Shown: positions 1 to 20,023 of the stretch, in pieces
Numbering within the stretch: position 1 is the stretch's first letter
How the letters are laid out: each line of letters opens with the position of its first letter
Assembly: GCF_009914755.1 (NCBI RefSeq)
Contig: NC_060930.1
Strand: one strand, 5' to 3'
DNA: 64,000 nt
Source: the human T2T-CHM13v2.0 reference genome, Homo sapiens
Made by a program: the position numbers and the translations under genes
The notes under the pieces: generated by a model
What the model saw: only the letters and a program-made list of their open reading frames with translations
What the model was told of the DNA's origin: nothing
Databases searched by the model: none

Positions 1-819
1 AAGGTGAAAGATTTTGAAGTATGGCAGGGTTTAGTGGAGCAAAGAAGGGAACATTCTCAGGCTACATGTCTGGGAATATGGAAGCTGAAGGCCTTCACCA
101 CCTCAGGAAAATCTGCTATAATTAGAAGAGTGTTTGACAAGAGCTAAAAATTATAAACAGCAGAGATGCATAGGCAGGCGGCCAATGGACCATGTCAGCA
201 TTGTAATGAAATCTGAACTGCTCTGAGCCAAGGATTGCCTATGTTTCTCAACTTTTTACTGACATTGCCTAGTCTTCACCAGAAGACTGTCCAAGAATGA
301 CTCTGGCTTGAAGGCATTTAGGCTGCTACTGAAGATATTAATAAATATAAATTCTCTAGATACATTAAGCTGAAAACCCCAAGAATATCCCATTCATGGC
401 TTTACCTCCACCATCTACTCTGGAATGTTGGAGGCATGCAAGAAAGTATTTGAATAAGTGAGTAAATTATCTGGAAACAAAATCAACAAGTTCTTTAGCA
501 CATCTGCACTCCTAAACTAGAGCCTAGAAAATTCACTTAAATTTTCTAGGCTGTAGTTCACATAGCTTGGTAACGAGGGGGAGGCATTAGGAAATTTTTG
601 AAATCCATTCAATTCTAAAATTCAGGGGTTTTCCTCCTTTCTTCATTTCATCTTTTCCTTTTAAACTAAGGAGTGAATTTGTTGGCAGTTATGCGAGATG
701 AGTGCAGAGATGTCATATTAAGAATGCTATACCACTGTCTCAGGGACTACAAAACTAGAAACATCCACATCAAACAAAACAGGGTCTCTTTTAGTAAGTT
801 TCTCGTGTTAAAAATCCTA

Positions 820-939
<120 letters not shown>

Positions 940-947
940 CTATTTGA

Positions 948-1157
<210 letters not shown>

Positions 1158-1574
1158 TAGCTGGGACTACAGGTGTGCGCCACCACGCCCGGCTAATTTT
1201 TGTATTTTTAGTAGAGACGGGGTTTCACCATGTTGGCCAGGATGGTCTCGATCTCTTGATCTCGTGGTCTGCCCGCCTCGGCCTCCCAAAGTGCTGGGAT
1301 TACAGGCGTGAGCCACCATGCCCGGCCTATGTACTTTGAATTTCCAAAAATGACCCAAATTAGCAATCAGAATAAGAGGCTACAAGTTATTTAACACTAC
1401 AATTCCCTGCCATTTGGTAATTTTCCATTTTTTTTGTTGTTAAAGTTAATTGAATTATTAGAATTAGTCACAAGCACAATTACTAAATTAATGAAGCAAA
1501 TAAAGCTTAGATGTATATCAATAAACTTTTGTAAAAAATATAAAAGCAATACAACATTAAAGAAAGTTTTATAA

Positions 1575-1998
<424 letters not shown>

Positions 1999-2009
1999 TA
2001 ACTTTAGAT

Positions 2010-2228
2010 CAATCATTCTTAACCAGGGGTGATTTTGCACCTGAGGGGACATTTGGCAATGTCTGGAGAGATTTTGGTCTGTCACATCTGTGGTTGGGGA
2101 CCTGCTACTGGCATCTAGTGGGAAGAGACTGGGAACACTGCTAAACATCCTAAACGACATAGGTCAGCCCCCACGACAAAGAATTACCTGGTCCAAATGT
2201 CGATAATGCTGAGGTTGAGAAAACTGCT
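2010..2228. mobile_element. MER20 (hAT) element; further copies at about 10501-10718 and 60066-60270
   Basis: The motif gattttgc...ggacatttggcaatgtctggagac...gctgaggttgagaaac is shared by three loci in the window. Confidence 0.75.
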
Positions 2229-4188
2229 TTAGATTATAGTAAAAAAAGCGGTCTTTTCCACAGAAACATTATCCCCATGATTTTATTAAAGGGATTATAT
2301 TTTCAACCATGTATTTAGTGGTTATGTATGCCAGGCATTGCAAAGCACTGTACACAGATTTTTCTCATTTAGCCCTCCCAAAACCCTGTGAGGTTTTAAA
2401 GACGAGTACACCATGTCTTAAAGAGATTCAATAGTTGTTCAGAGTCATACAGTTAGTGGTAGCAATGCTTGTCTCTCCGACTTCAAAGCTGGTGCTGTCA
2501 GTTATCGTGTGTAATGTCATAATGAACATCTTCATATACGGATTTCTGCATTTTAAAAGTCCCTTCCGTAGCTTATTTTGAAGATATTAAAGGGTCAAAG
2601 GGAATTGGCAGTTATGGTGGCTTTTCCTACATGTTTCTAAATTGATTTTCTACAGCTGAACCAATTTCAGCACTACCATTGAATTGTGAGAAAGCCCTTT
2701 CAATATATTCTCATCAGCATTGACTATTTAACATTTAAAAACAAAATTCCTTGTTTTCTTAAGAAATTAAAAAGTATATATGTGAGCTTAAATAATAAGC
2801 AATTTCTGGAACTTGTTACCACAGATAGTTCTCCCAAAATGAGGACCAAACTGTGTAAGAATAATGAGAACGTCAAGTCAATATAAATAAAGCTTGCATT
2901 TCAAAGAATCATGTTTAACAAACGCAGTTATTTGACTAAGAAAGGCTGAGCCCCAAGAAAAACATTCCTGGTTACTCTGTAAACTTTGCCTCAAATGCTC
3001 TGTTTATATAAGCCTATGAAGAGCAAATGAGAGAATTGGATTTTATAGTTTAAAATGTTTTCTCAGATAATATTGACTTTTTTTTTTGCCCTGTCCTAGA
3101 AATAATGAAAAATAGGCCTTTGCTAGGATTCTTGTGAATGAAGGGTACGGTCCTACCCATACTCCCCATAACTACCCTCCCAGAGTCCTGACAAAGAATA
3201 GTGATAGTGATCCTAACAGCAAATATAATAATAATAGAATCGAGTCCAGTATTTTTCCAATACTAGTTGTGTCCCATTAGAGGATACAGAAATCACTTTA
3301 GTAGTTTTTGATCAGAATTTTTAAGATGAAACTAGACCAGAAAACAACATAAAATTAACAAGTGCATCGCATGTAATAAGCACAAGTATTGTTTTATGAA
3401 ACTTGTTTGCTTTATATACGTGTGTGTGTGTGATGGTATACAGTGTTTTTTCTGTGGGTTGCAGTCTAAAAGGTTGAAAAGCCACTGATCAGATTTACCT
3501 ACTTCATTTGAGAGGTGAGGTTTGGAGACGTTGGATGATGTCCAGGGATACCCAGCTGGTTAGTGGCAAAGCTGGAATGAGAACGGAAGTTCCCTAATCC
3601 CTAGGCCAGTGTCTACTCCATCAGGGTGCTCAGCCTGGGATCAGTCTCTGGCAGCAGGCAGGAAACAGGCTTAATAGAGAGGCTTTTAGGGAGTAGAGAA
3701 GGAGCAACTGGACATTGGCAAGAGTGATGGGACTGGTAGCTTTGGGATCTCCATGTATCTTTCAGCCCAAGCCAAATTAAATTACTTACTGAACAGTGAG
3801 CACATTGTACATTCAGGGTCTTCAATCTTAAGCTTGCCATTATCTCCTCAAAATAATAACCAAGTGATGCTTACTAGGTATTCAAATTGAGCTGTCACCA
3901 GAAGTCTTGTTGAATATTTTCTCACTTCCCTAAGCAAGTTGAACCAAGCAGGACAGATATGGAGAATGGATGATTGCTGATCACCCAGGTCATTATTGAA
4001 GGGCAAATTGAAATGGGTTGGTGCTTGCTAAGAAGGTAGAAGAGGCCGGGCACAGTGGCTCACGGCTGTAATCCCAGCATTTTGGGAGGCCAGGGCGAGT
4101 GGAGCACTTGAGTTCAGCTCAAGACCAGCATGGCCAACATGGTGAAACCCTATCTCTACTAAAAATACAAAAAATTAGCTGGACGTTA

Positions 4189-4458
<270 letters not shown>

Positions 4459-5259
4459 TCACAAAACCTAAACGGTCCTCCCCATCAGCACTAAAGACTG
4501 ACTGAGTCAATGGGGCCACCCTTGCATTGGGAATGGACGCTCGTTCATTCCTTTAACATTGGTTGAGAGTCTCCTGGTGGCCAAGTGCTATGAAGTCAAA
4601 GGCACTGTGAGAACTGGTCCTCTGCTCAGTGCAGCTTTTTCCTATAACAGGTGGGCTGATGCCTTCAAGGAGGTGATGTGAGAGATCCGTTAAAATGCAT
4701 ATATTCCTAGCAGTGGGAACAAGTTAGTTAAAATTAACCCAAGGATATAGGGACCAGATTCACTCACAAGAGAAGATTTTGAGTGAGAATAGTTAGTAAG
4801 AGACTAACCTACAAACCTGATGAAGACTGAGGGAGAGAGGTCAAGGAGGGGAGGAAAAAAGGACAGTGCTGTTGCTCCCCAGGACAAGCTGCATCCTCCT
4901 CCCAGTGTTGCTTACAGCTGAGAGCTACTCACACTTGATCACACACAAGAATCTTCTGGGGATTTTGTGAAGATGCTGACGTTGGATGTTGATACAAGAG
5001 GCCTGGCGTGGGTCTCAATTTCTTTTTTGAGACAGGATCTCACTGTGTTACCCAGGCTAAAGTGCAGTGGCCTGATTTTGGCTCACTGCAGCCTTGACCT
5101 CCCATGCTCAGATGATCCTTCCACCTCAGTCTCCCGAACACCTGGGGCCCCAGGCGCACATCACAACGCCCAGCTAATTTTTGTATTTTCATAGAGATGG
5201 GATTTCTGTATGTTGCCCAGGCTGGTCTGAAACTCCTGGATTCAAGAGATCTACCTGCC

Positions 5260-7928
<2,669 letters not shown>

Positions 7929-9375
7929 TAATGTTTTAATGCACAAACATGCATAATATGTAAGCACATACGTGTTTGACACCTGTCATCAAACAGAAAG
8001 TATTGAAGTTGAGGTTTGGAATTTCAGTAACACGAGGTTAGTAGGTGTTATGTGTTCATTTTATAAAGACAGCAGGTAATTAATTATAAATGTCACGATC
8101 TTACCTCTGCAATAATGGAATCTGTTTCTGAGTAAGAGTCAGTTTGGGATTATCAGTATTAAAGAGAATGAAAAAGGAAGAAAAATGTCTTGTGCTTTCA
8201 AAAATAGTCATTTCAACATTAAATGACTTTTTGTCATGGGAATGTACTCTTCATACTTTTATGATGTAGTTATTTAATAGACATTGGCTCATAATAACAC
8301 GTCAGCTAAGCACACAAATGTCGGTAAATAAGCCAGATTCTCTCTTTGCTTTCCAGACTCTCCTTCTCCATCCCACAGCTTCACCGGACAAGTTTTACTC
8401 CAAATTCTTTTAAAATGTGTGTTAAGAACAAAACAAGGTAGCTTCCTTTTAGATAGGCAAGCATCAAAATAATTGTAAAGTATTAAAATGCAAGTTAAAG
8501 AAATAGAAATATTGCTTAATAGTGTTTTTCTTGAATACTTGAATACTTTTATTAAATAAATTCAAGTTTAGGTAGCAAGAAGAAAAGACTCTTGCCTTAT
8601 AGAGAGCCCTTAGGATTTAAGACTCATGCTGTTTACAGGAAAAGCTGTAACAAAATTTAATTTTAGTTAGGAAACCTGGTTACAAATCAGATCATCATAT
8701 AATCATCATATGACATCAGGGCAAAAGAACAGACCTTTTTTCTTCTGATCTTCTGAAAATGCACATTTTTATTAATATTTTTAAAAGCCTAATTCAATTA
8801 AATTTCTTCAAAATATTGGTCTTGTCCAATTTTTTCTTTATTAAAAACTATTAAAAATATTCATTGTCTTAAGTAGCTTTTTTCTTCTTTTATTTTAGGA
8901 ATGATCCCTCTCTTGTCACCCAGGCTGGAATACAGTAGTACTCAAACTCACTGCAGCCTTTAGCTCCTAGGCTCAAGCAATCCTCCCACTTCAGCCTCCC
9001 CAGTAGCTGGGACTACAAGAGTGCATCACCATGCTTGGCTAATTTAAAAAAAAAAATTGTGGAGATGGTGTCTTTCTGTGTTGCCTAGGCTGGAGTGCAG
9101 ATGTGCAATCATTGTTCACTGCAGTCTCAAACTCCTGGGCTCAAGTGATCCTCCTGCCTCAGCCTCCTGAGTAGCTGGGACCACAGGTGGGAGTCACAAA
9201 GCCTGCCTAATTTTTAAAAAAATTTTTAGTAGAGATAGGGTCTCACTATGTTGCCCAGGCTGGTCTCGGACTCCAGACCTCAAGCAATCCTCCCACCTCG
9301 GCCTCCCAAAGCACTAGGATTACAGGTATGAGCCACTGTACACAGCCCTTGAGTCGTTCTTTTTCTCATTAGCAT

Positions 9376-9901
9376 GTGTATTAGCTTTTTACCTGGCTCT
9401 GCAACAAATTACCACAAATTCAGCAGCTTCAACAACATAAATATATTGTCTTACAATTCTGCAGGACAAAAGCCTGACCAGGCTGAAATCCAGGCATTGG
9501 CTGGGTCAGGTTCCTGTCTGTAGGCTCTGAATACAATCCATTTCCTTGCCTTTTCTAGCTTCTAGAGGCCACTCACATTCCTGGCTGGTGGCTTCTTCCC
9601 CCATCTTCAAACAGCAAAGGCAGAGTCAGAGTGGAGCCTTCTTACATCGTGTCACTCTGTCCAGCTCTTCTGTTTCCTTCTTCCAATGTTGAGGACCCTT
9701 GTGATTACATTTGGCTCACCCAGATAATTCAGGATAACCTCCCTATTTTAAGGTCAGCTGATCAGCAACTTTAATCTCCCTTTGCTGTGTAAAATAACAT
9801 ATTCTCAGGTTCCAGGGATTAGGATGTAGGCATCTTTGTCTGTTCTGCATGTGTGTGTTTGAGGGAGTGAGTGGGTGGAGGCCATTATTCTGCCTACCAC
9901 A
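9376..9901 (-). mobile_element. MLT1-type MaLR LTR
   Basis: tgtgtattag...ggccattattctgcctaccaca termini and typical internal motifs. Confidence 0.7.
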
Positions 9902-11007
9902 ATATATCTTATCAGTAATTAAAAAGAATCTTCTAAGAGAGGACTATTGAAATTTGGGTACAGATAGCATTTGCACAGTGCCATTGCATCAAAATTCAGA
10001 TTGCATTACTCACTGGTGGAAAATGCTGTAACTCTAAAGCAAAGTATTTCTCTTTTAGTTGCATTTATGTTGACTCCCATGTTTTCCTTTTCTTTTTTTA
10101 ATTTTTTTTTTTTATTTTGAGACAGGGGCCTGCTCTGTAACCCAGGCTGGAGTACAGTGGCACAATCATGGCTCATTGCAGCCTTGACCTTCCTAGGCTC
10201 ACATGATCCTCCCACCTCAGCCTCCTAAGTAGATGGGACTACAAGCACGTGCCACCGCACTCAGCTAATTTTTTATTTTTTGTAGAGACAGGGTTTCATT
10301 AGGTTGCCCAGGGATCTTCTTACCTCGGCCTCCTAAAGTGCTGGGATTACAGGCATGAACCACTATGTCTGGCAACTTCTTCTCTAGTAATGATTTATAT
10401 ATTATAATCTTGGAGTCTAACTATGATTAAATAGACCCTTCAATCTCTATGACCTATCCAAAATTTATTTCATAGACAGGGTTATTGAAAAACACTTAGC
10501 ACAGTGTTTCTCAAATGGGGTGATTTTGCTCACCCACAGGACATTTGGCAATATCTGCAGACATTTTTGGTTGTCACAATTGAGGAGAGGGTGCTATCGG
10601 CATCTATTGGGTAGAGGCCAAGGATGCTGCTAAACATCTTACAAAACACAGGACAGCCCCCACAACAAAGAATCATCCAGCCCAAACTGTCAATCGCGCT
10701 GAAGTGGAGAAACCCTGGCTTAGCAAGATGCCAACCTACAGCACCCCACCCCTCAACCGAATTAGGTATTAGTAAATGGATCAGAATTGTATTAGTATAT
10801 TGATTTGTATATTGATTGAATTAGATGTTATACTAATTAGATGATGAGTCAACAACTAAAATTCTGGTCAAAAGATCAACTGGAGGAAACAGAAGATGGG
10901 TAGATCAGTACATACCAATCTGTGTGAAATGCGAAAGGTAATAAACTGAAAGAAAGTAAGCCTGACTTAGAGGCTTAATTGATGAAATTGATGCCCTTCT
11001 CTCATGA

Positions 11008-11160
<153 letters not shown>

Positions 11161-11947
11161 TAGGCCACTGCCTGTTGGTGTTAGCAGGAAGGTAGCTGTG
11201 GAATCCAGGGTTCTCATGGAGAGAGAATTGCTGCTATATTTAGACCAATCTGTTAGTTATTGGAGAAGCCAGAGGCTTCAAGACACAGTCCTTCAAAAAT
11301 AAGTTTAAACATCTCATTGATGTTCTCTAACTTATAATTACCTAGGGAGATGGAAAAATGGGTTCAAATCAGGGCGGCATGTTTTTCTTCCTGCTAGTTT
11401 TCAGCTTTCTTTCTTTCTTTAGAGACAGGGTTTCACTCTGTCATTCAAGCTGGAGTGCAGTGGCATGAATGCAGCTCACTGCAGCCTCAACATCCTGGGT
11501 TCAGGCCTCACACCTCAGCCTCCCAAGAAGCTGGGACCACAGGCGTGCACCACCACACCTGGCTAATTTTTTTTTTTCTTGTAGAGTCAGCTTTCTTGTT
11601 TATTCCTCTTGCTGTGCCTTCTGGGAGTCCAGCTGTTCAGAGGCGAAAGCCATCAGGAGGAGAAGTGATGTCATGTTGGCACCGCAGAGAAAGCTGGGCC
11701 CCCAACCCTCAGGCCAGTCCCTGCTCCCCCTACAGGCAGCCTTCCCAGTGGCTTGGAGAGCTGTCGGGGTTTGCACAGCTCTGGCATGATGGATGGCAGG
11801 TTACACTAGCAAGAAGGGTTCCCCTCCAAATGGAAAAGAACTAGAAATCCTAAGTCATTTCCATTTCTATAGAATTTTGTGAAGGAGAGTTTTTATCAGT
11901 CCTGGCACACACTGCATTCAGAATATTGCCCAGCATATACTGGGCAT

Positions 11948-12311
11948 GAGTATTAGTTTGCTAGGGCTGCCATAACAAAGTGGCACAGACTGGGTGCTTA
12001 ATAGAAATTTATTTAGTTCTAGAGGCTGGAAGTCCAAGATCCAGGTGTCAGCAGGGCTGGTTTATTAAGGCCTCTCTGCTTGGCTTGTAGATAGCATTTT
12101 CTCCCTGTGTTCCCACATGGTCTTCCCTCTGTGCGTGTCTGTGTCCTAATCGCCTCTTCTTCTAAGGAGACCAGTCATATTGGATTATGGCCCACCCTAA
12201 AGGTCTCATTTTAATTTAATTACCTCTTTAAAGACCCTGTCTCCACTCTGAGACACTCAGTGTTAGGATTCAACATATGAATTTAGAGAGACAAACAATT
12301 CAGTCCATAAT
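11948..12311 (-). mobile_element. MLT1-type MaLR LTR
   Basis: tattagtttgctagggctgccataacaaag...caattcagtccataa. Confidence 0.7.
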
Positions 12312-12367
12312 ATGCAATAAATATTTATTTAGTAAGTGATTGTTTGAACAAATGAATCAATGAATGA

Positions 12368-12767
<400 letters not shown>

Positions 12768-13906
12768 TTAAATGTTTCAGGTGAAAATCTCCAAGTTGCT
12801 CCATCTCTACAACTCTCCATTACACCAACCTCTTTCTCATGTGTCTCTTGATGGTCTCATCCCACTGTGGACAGCAATGTTTTCATGCAACTGTAAAGAA
12901 ATTTTGGTCCATTCTGAAGCATGTTAATATATTTACTTTAATCAGCCTGTATTTTCTCCAGGGGACAGTGCATGCCACCTGCCTACATTATTTTTTTTTT
13001 TTTTTGAGATGGAGTTTCACTCTTGTCACCCAGGCTGGAGTACAAGTGGCACAATCTCGGCTCACTGGAACCTCCGTCTCCCGGGTTCAAGTGATTCTCA
13101 TGCCTCAGCCTCCTGAGTAGCTGAGATTACAGGCACCCACCACCACACCCAGCTAATTTTTGTATTTTTAGTAGAGACGGGGTTTCACCATGTTGGCCAG
13201 ACTGGTCTCAAACTCCTGACCTTATGATCCACCTGCGTCGGCCTCCCAAAGTGCTGGGATTACAGGCATGAGCCACCGCACCCGGCCTGTACTACCTTCA
13301 TCAGCCCTCTTAGCACTTAGAATGATCTTCAACTTGGAGTGCCCATCTCTGATTACAGTGTCTTTGTCACCTCTACTAGTTTCCTTCACCTACTCACATC
13401 CTACTTATTTTACTGTCTTTCTTCCCAGAGCAGAAGCTCCAAGACAGCTAGGATTTTTGACCAGTTTGTTCACTGTTGTGTGTCCACACCTAAACCATGT
13501 TGTTTTTGGTTTGAATTGGGATTTCCAGAGGTTCAACATTTCAAGCTTTTTCCTTCTATGAGCTTCCTTCTGAGGACTCCCCGTCTGACCCGTGTATTGT
13601 AAGCCACTACAAGATGTCCTCACCAACATTTTTGGTCCTTTTGCCATTTTGACCCTACAAGGCTGATTCCTAACCCTAATCATTACCACCATCTGCCTTT
13701 TTTGCCGTTTGTACTTCCCTAGGCAGAGTATTGGTGGGGAGTGTTGCGGAACTCTCTTAAGACAAACCCACCATTGGGTCCTGTCATCTACCTTCAGCTA
13801 GGCCTCCTGGCTACCTACTTATCCTTTTGTTTACCTCATTATTTTCCTAGTGCCCTTCCTAAGGGACACCTTTTCAGCTTTCCTGCTCACCTTTAAGCTC
13901 CCAAGG

Positions 13907-14283
13907 TGTATTAGTCCGTTTTCACACTGCTGATAAAGACATACCCAAGACTGGGTAATTTATAAAGAAAAAGAAGTTAAATGGACTCACAGTTCCACGT
14001 GACTGGGGAGGCCTCACAATCCTGGCAGAGGGCAAAAGGCACATCTTACATGGTGGCAGGAAAAACAGAATGAGAGCCAAGAATGAGAGCCAAGCAAAAG
14101 AGGAAACCCCTTATAAAACCATCAGATCTTGTGAGACTTACTCACTACCACAAGAACAATCATGGGGGAAACTGCCCCCCACGATTCAACTATCTCCCAC
14201 TGCATCCCTCCCACAACACATGGGAATTATGGGAGCTGCAATTCAAGATGAGATTTGGGTGGGGACACAGCCAAACCATATCA
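13907..14283 (-). mobile_element. THE1/MST-type MaLR solo LTR
   Basis: tgtattagtccgttttcac...ggggacacagccaaaccatatca, with a 5-bp TSD CAAGG at 13902-13906 and 14284-14288. Confidence 0.88.
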
Positions 14284-15405
14284 CAAGGTTATGCTAAAAC
14301 AGCCTTTCTATTCTCAAAAGCGACCATTTCAACTTGAAAAAGAACATTCAAGATATGTGATCAAAATTCATCATCTAGTCCCTTGTCAGGTCATCCTGCC
14401 CCACCATCTTAGAGCTGTGTGGACACCTTCTTTCATTGTTCCCTCCTGTTTCAAGAGGACAAGTCACCCATCCTCCCAACAAAAGCCGCCAGCTATGGTC
14501 TCAGCTATCTGTGGGCCCCCTCTCTCAGACCCTTGCTCTTTTGCATTCTCAGCCTCTCCCTTTCTGCTGCCTCTTTTCCTTTTCTCTGAAAGCCTGTACT
14601 CATTGCCCCTATCTTGAAGACATCGAGTTGTCTATGAACCTTCTGCTTTCTCCAGGCCGAAATATTCTTTCCTTGTTCACTTCCATTTCTTTAAGCGTGT
14701 GCTTAAGGCCTGTGTTTTTGGTTCTCGCCGCCTGGTCATTCTTTCACTTCCTACAATTCTGGCTTCTTTCCCCAATGACTTCTACTCTCTATTATGCTTC
14801 TTCCCAGCCCACTGAATTAATCACCATGTTCTATCTGTCCTTCTGTACTAGTGTCTTCAACATCCTCCCTTTCCCACTCATCACAGACATTAACTTTGAA
14901 CAAGCTCTCCAGTTTGTGTTATTACTGCAGCCTCTTGGTTTCTAATGTACCTTGCAAAACACTTCAAAATTAATCTTGCTAAAATGAGTTTCATCACTTG
15001 ATTCTTCTCTTCAAAAATCTTTAAGGACTGTCCATACTTGTGAGACACAAGGCCCAACCCTTCAGTCTGTGAAGTCAGTCAACCAGCAATTGTCCTGTGT
15101 GCCCAGAAGAATCTCTGGAAAATGGTTGCAACTTCCTACCATTCTTGTTTCTAACCTATTCCCAACAAAACCCCCTCTCCCAGCAGGAAGTCCCCACCCC
15201 AAAAGCTATTGAGGTTAAAAAAAAAAAAAATTTCAATATTGACGTGTTACATCACTGAGGTTTATCACACATCTAGGCAGAGGTGCAAAGTAGGCACTTG
15301 GATAGACCAGAGCTCAGGAAAAAGACTTACTCAACGCAACCCATAAAGATCTCTCCCACCTGTACCACTGTAGGACTTCTCATCTGTAACTCTCATTTAG
15401 TAATA

Positions 15406-15774
15406 CCGTAGGCCCCCCTTATCCACGGGGGGATACATTTCAAGACCCCCAGTGGATGCCTGAAACCACAGACAGTACCGAACTCTAAATATACTTTGTT
15501 TTTCCCTGTACATGCATATCTATGATAAAGTTTAATTTTTGAAGTAGGCATAGTAAGAGGTTAACAATAATAACTAATTATAAAATAGAACAATTATAAC
15601 AATATGCTGTAATAAAAGTTATGTGAATAAAAGTTCTGTGAATAAAAAAGTTATGTGTAATAAAAGATATATGCTCTCTTTCTTTCTCAAAATATCTTAA
15701 TATTTTTGGATCGTGGTTGACTTCGGGTAGCTGAAACCTCAGAAAGCAAAACTGCAGATAAGGGGGGATTACTG
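15406..15774. mobile_element. MER44/Tigger7-type DNA transposon
   Basis: Terminal inverted repeats ccgtaggccccccttatc and gataaggggggattactg, flanked by TA. Confidence 0.8.
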
Positions 15775-16053
15775 TACATGAATGACCTTGTAACACCTAT
15801 TATGTTACTAACACAATTTTCATATTAATTTTGATATACACAATAATTAACATAATTAAAATATTAACACCTGTTACTTTATGCCTTGTATGATTTAACT
15901 CTCATTTTTTTCAAATAACATATTTGTACCTCTTGTTCTTCTAAATAGAGTTCCAGTTCTTTGTGGGCTGAGACTGCACAATCATATTTCATTTGAATCC
16001 TGTACCATTGGCACAGTTGTAGTTAGTCGGAGAGTACCTCTAGTATTCTGTAA

Positions 16054-16305
<252 letters not shown>

Positions 16306-18420
16306 GCTATTCATGAGCTACTCATGACTGAAGGGAAACTGCAGCTGGGAAGAGGAGCCTGTTTTTGTGAGAGACTTTTGCCTTCGTAATGTTAACCGTT
16401 TCAGGACCACGTTTATAGCTTCAGGACCTGGCTACGTAATTATACTTAAAATATCCACTGGACACTGTGAAATACACTAACAGGATGGCTGGGTAGAGCA
16501 ATCTGGGCACTTTGGCCAATTTTAGTCTTGCTGTTTCTTGATGCTCACCTCTATATTAGTTTATTGTTAGGATCAATGATAAATTTAAATGACCTCAGAT
16601 CTTTGCACCAGATACTCATCATATACAAATGTTTTAGTAAAAAAGAGAATTGTAGATAATACTGTCTAGGAAAATAAGAATTAGGTTTCTTTGAAGAAGG
16701 AATCTTTTATAACACCTTAACAGTCACCACTGTGCTCAACCAGACAGATAGTGAAACAGCTTTCTGGGTAATTCACCAATTTCCTTTAAAACATAAGCTA
16801 CCTGAATGGAGAATACATCTTGTTTCTGAGTTTCAACACTAGCATTTTTGGCTTACTCATGGACAAAGTTCTGTATATAGTATAAAGTCATTAACAAGAA
16901 ACAGGATATGCTTTAAGACAGAATTCACTGTCTGTTGCTTCAGTAAAAGGACCTCGGGGAATAAAACATTTCTCTCTTATATGCCAGAATGTAGGCTGGT
17001 CCCTATGTCATGTCTTCCATTAAGAACACTAAAAAGTCCTTGCAAGAATGGAGATATGCATTCAAGAGAGGTGCTATCACATAGATCTAGTCTGAAGTCT
17101 GGAACACTTTCCTCTTCTATGACCCCTCTCTCCCCAGTATTATCTTACTTGCAAAATGGAGACCAAATTCTATCCTGTGAGGCTTTTAATTGCACCATAG
17201 TATGCTCTGAGTAGCTTTACACTGCCTGGTACTGATAGTAGTGGCTCGATTTTTAAGAGCCTTCAATTGTAGATGAACATCTCTGTTATTTATCCCTCAT
17301 TCATCCATCCGTTCATTCATTCAGCCTTCAATCAACATCTCTTGAGTGTCTATTATGTACAGGACATGTACTGAGACAAAAAGGAAACATAAGAGCTTTT
17401 TCACTCTAAAAATCTTGGCAATAATGTCAACACCAGAAAGCCTCCTCTGGAGAATCTTACAGAGTGATTGTAGTTTAATACAGGAACACACAGGGCTGTG
17501 TAGCATGATACCAGGCCCAGGAGATCAGTAATTACAAATTAAGGGTTAAATCAGAGATTATTCAACAGAGAGGGAGAAAGGAGGAGACAGAGGGAGGACC
17601 TGTTGTGTTCCAGCCATTCTGGTATTCCTTTATGTATCTAATTTCATTCAAACCTCACAACAGTCTTGTGAGGCCCTTATATAATTACTCCCATTTTGCA
17701 GATGAAGTAACTGAGGCTTAGAAAGGTTAATAGCACCGGGGAACAATTTCTCTGGGTGAGAATTGGGACTCTGTTGCTGGTCTTCTCAGTTCATTTCCTG
17801 AGGTGGATTTACTGAGAGAAGGTGAAATAAAGCCATATTTAGTATACCAGAGAAGGTAGATTTTAAGAATGGTCTCAGTGTTAATACTGAGAAAAAGTCC
17901 TGTCAGTTCAGAAAAAATGTGAAGTCTACTTTAGTATTCCTGTAATACTAAACCGTTGAGTTTCTAAATATTTATTTATTCTAACAAAAAGCAATTACTA
18001 CAAATGGATGACACATTTAATGAACACAATTTTATTTTTTTTCTGTAACTGTGCTTGTTGAATGTCAATCATATTTAAAGGGAATGACTTTGAAGTAAAA
18101 CCTTTTTTCTTGCTACTGAAAAAAATGGAGTTGTTTTGGGTGGTAAAGTGTTAAGGAATAGGGACAGCTGGTCACACAAGGAACTCTTGAAGGCCACATG
18201 TGAAAACCTGTCACTTGCACAGAGGCCAGTCCCACTAAGGTGACCAGAGTGGGCTCCAAGCACAAACTGCCATTGGCTATAGATGGGACTGTGTCCCCCC
18301 AAAATTCATGTGTTGGAGCCTTAACCCTCAATGTGATGGTATTTGAGATGGGGCCTTTGGTAAGGGAAGTTTAGATGAGGTCACGAGGGTAGGACCCTCA
18401 TGATGGGATGAGTCCCCTTA

Positions 18421-18793
<373 letters not shown>

Positions 18794-19042
18794 TTATTTA
18801 AATGACAGCACCTGAGAAGAGGAACCGTTTTACACTGGATGTTTCTCATGTAGAACAAGAAATCTTTCTGGAATTGATGTTTACATGTCTGTTGTTGGTC
18901 ATCTCTCCTGTGTCTTAAATACTTTAATGTTGGAAGAGCATAGTGTTTGGGCTAGTGGGTTTCTGACAGCCCATGGGAATGCCCTGAAACTACTGTATCT
19001 GATGTTTGTTTTCGATGAGGTTCCATGTTTTGTTTTCTTGGG

Positions 19043-19048
19043 AATAAA
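19043..19048 (+). terminator. Polyadenylation signal AATAAA (distal GCNT2 site)
   Basis: Canonical hexamer with T-rich upstream context and downstream tgtgtattttt. Confidence 0.75.
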
Positions 19049-19609
19049 TTAATATATTGTTTTCCACTTCGGGGATACTGTGTATTTTTATATGACAATT
19101 GGTTAAAAATCCACTAAAGGATATGTCTAACAAGGCAATTCTCCTGGTGTTAAACAAAATTTACATTCATTCATACATACATGCATACCTGTCTAAGAAA
19201 CATCCATCCACTGAAAAATCATTAAACTTTCCCATTGTGGGGTGTTGGAGAGAGTAACTGGGAGTGATAGAGAGAAGAGGGCGCAATAGAAGATCAGTGT
19301 CATTTGAATTGGGTATAACTTTTTTTTTTTGGTAAGAGTACAAGTATTTTTAAAATTTGAGACAGGAATAAGTTAACTTATTATTTACCTGCCTCTATTG
19401 TTCATTTAAAAAAATCAAGATATACATTAGGAAAAAGTTTTATGTTAATATTACCATAATTACTGATCAAGTGCCAATGTTTTTGAGCAGCATTTCAATT
19501 GTAAGTTTGATAAATATTGCCTCTAACAGACACATGGAAAATGATCAATACTAAAAAAAAAAAAAAAATCATTTAAAGGACATCTTATCCATCATATTTT
19601 TTCAAATAA

Positions 19610-20023
<414 letters not shown>

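Noticed and set aside
14436-14945. 169-aa hydrophobic ORF
   Set aside because: Pyrimidine-rich intronic, L2-like sequence with a non-ATG start and no recognisable domain.
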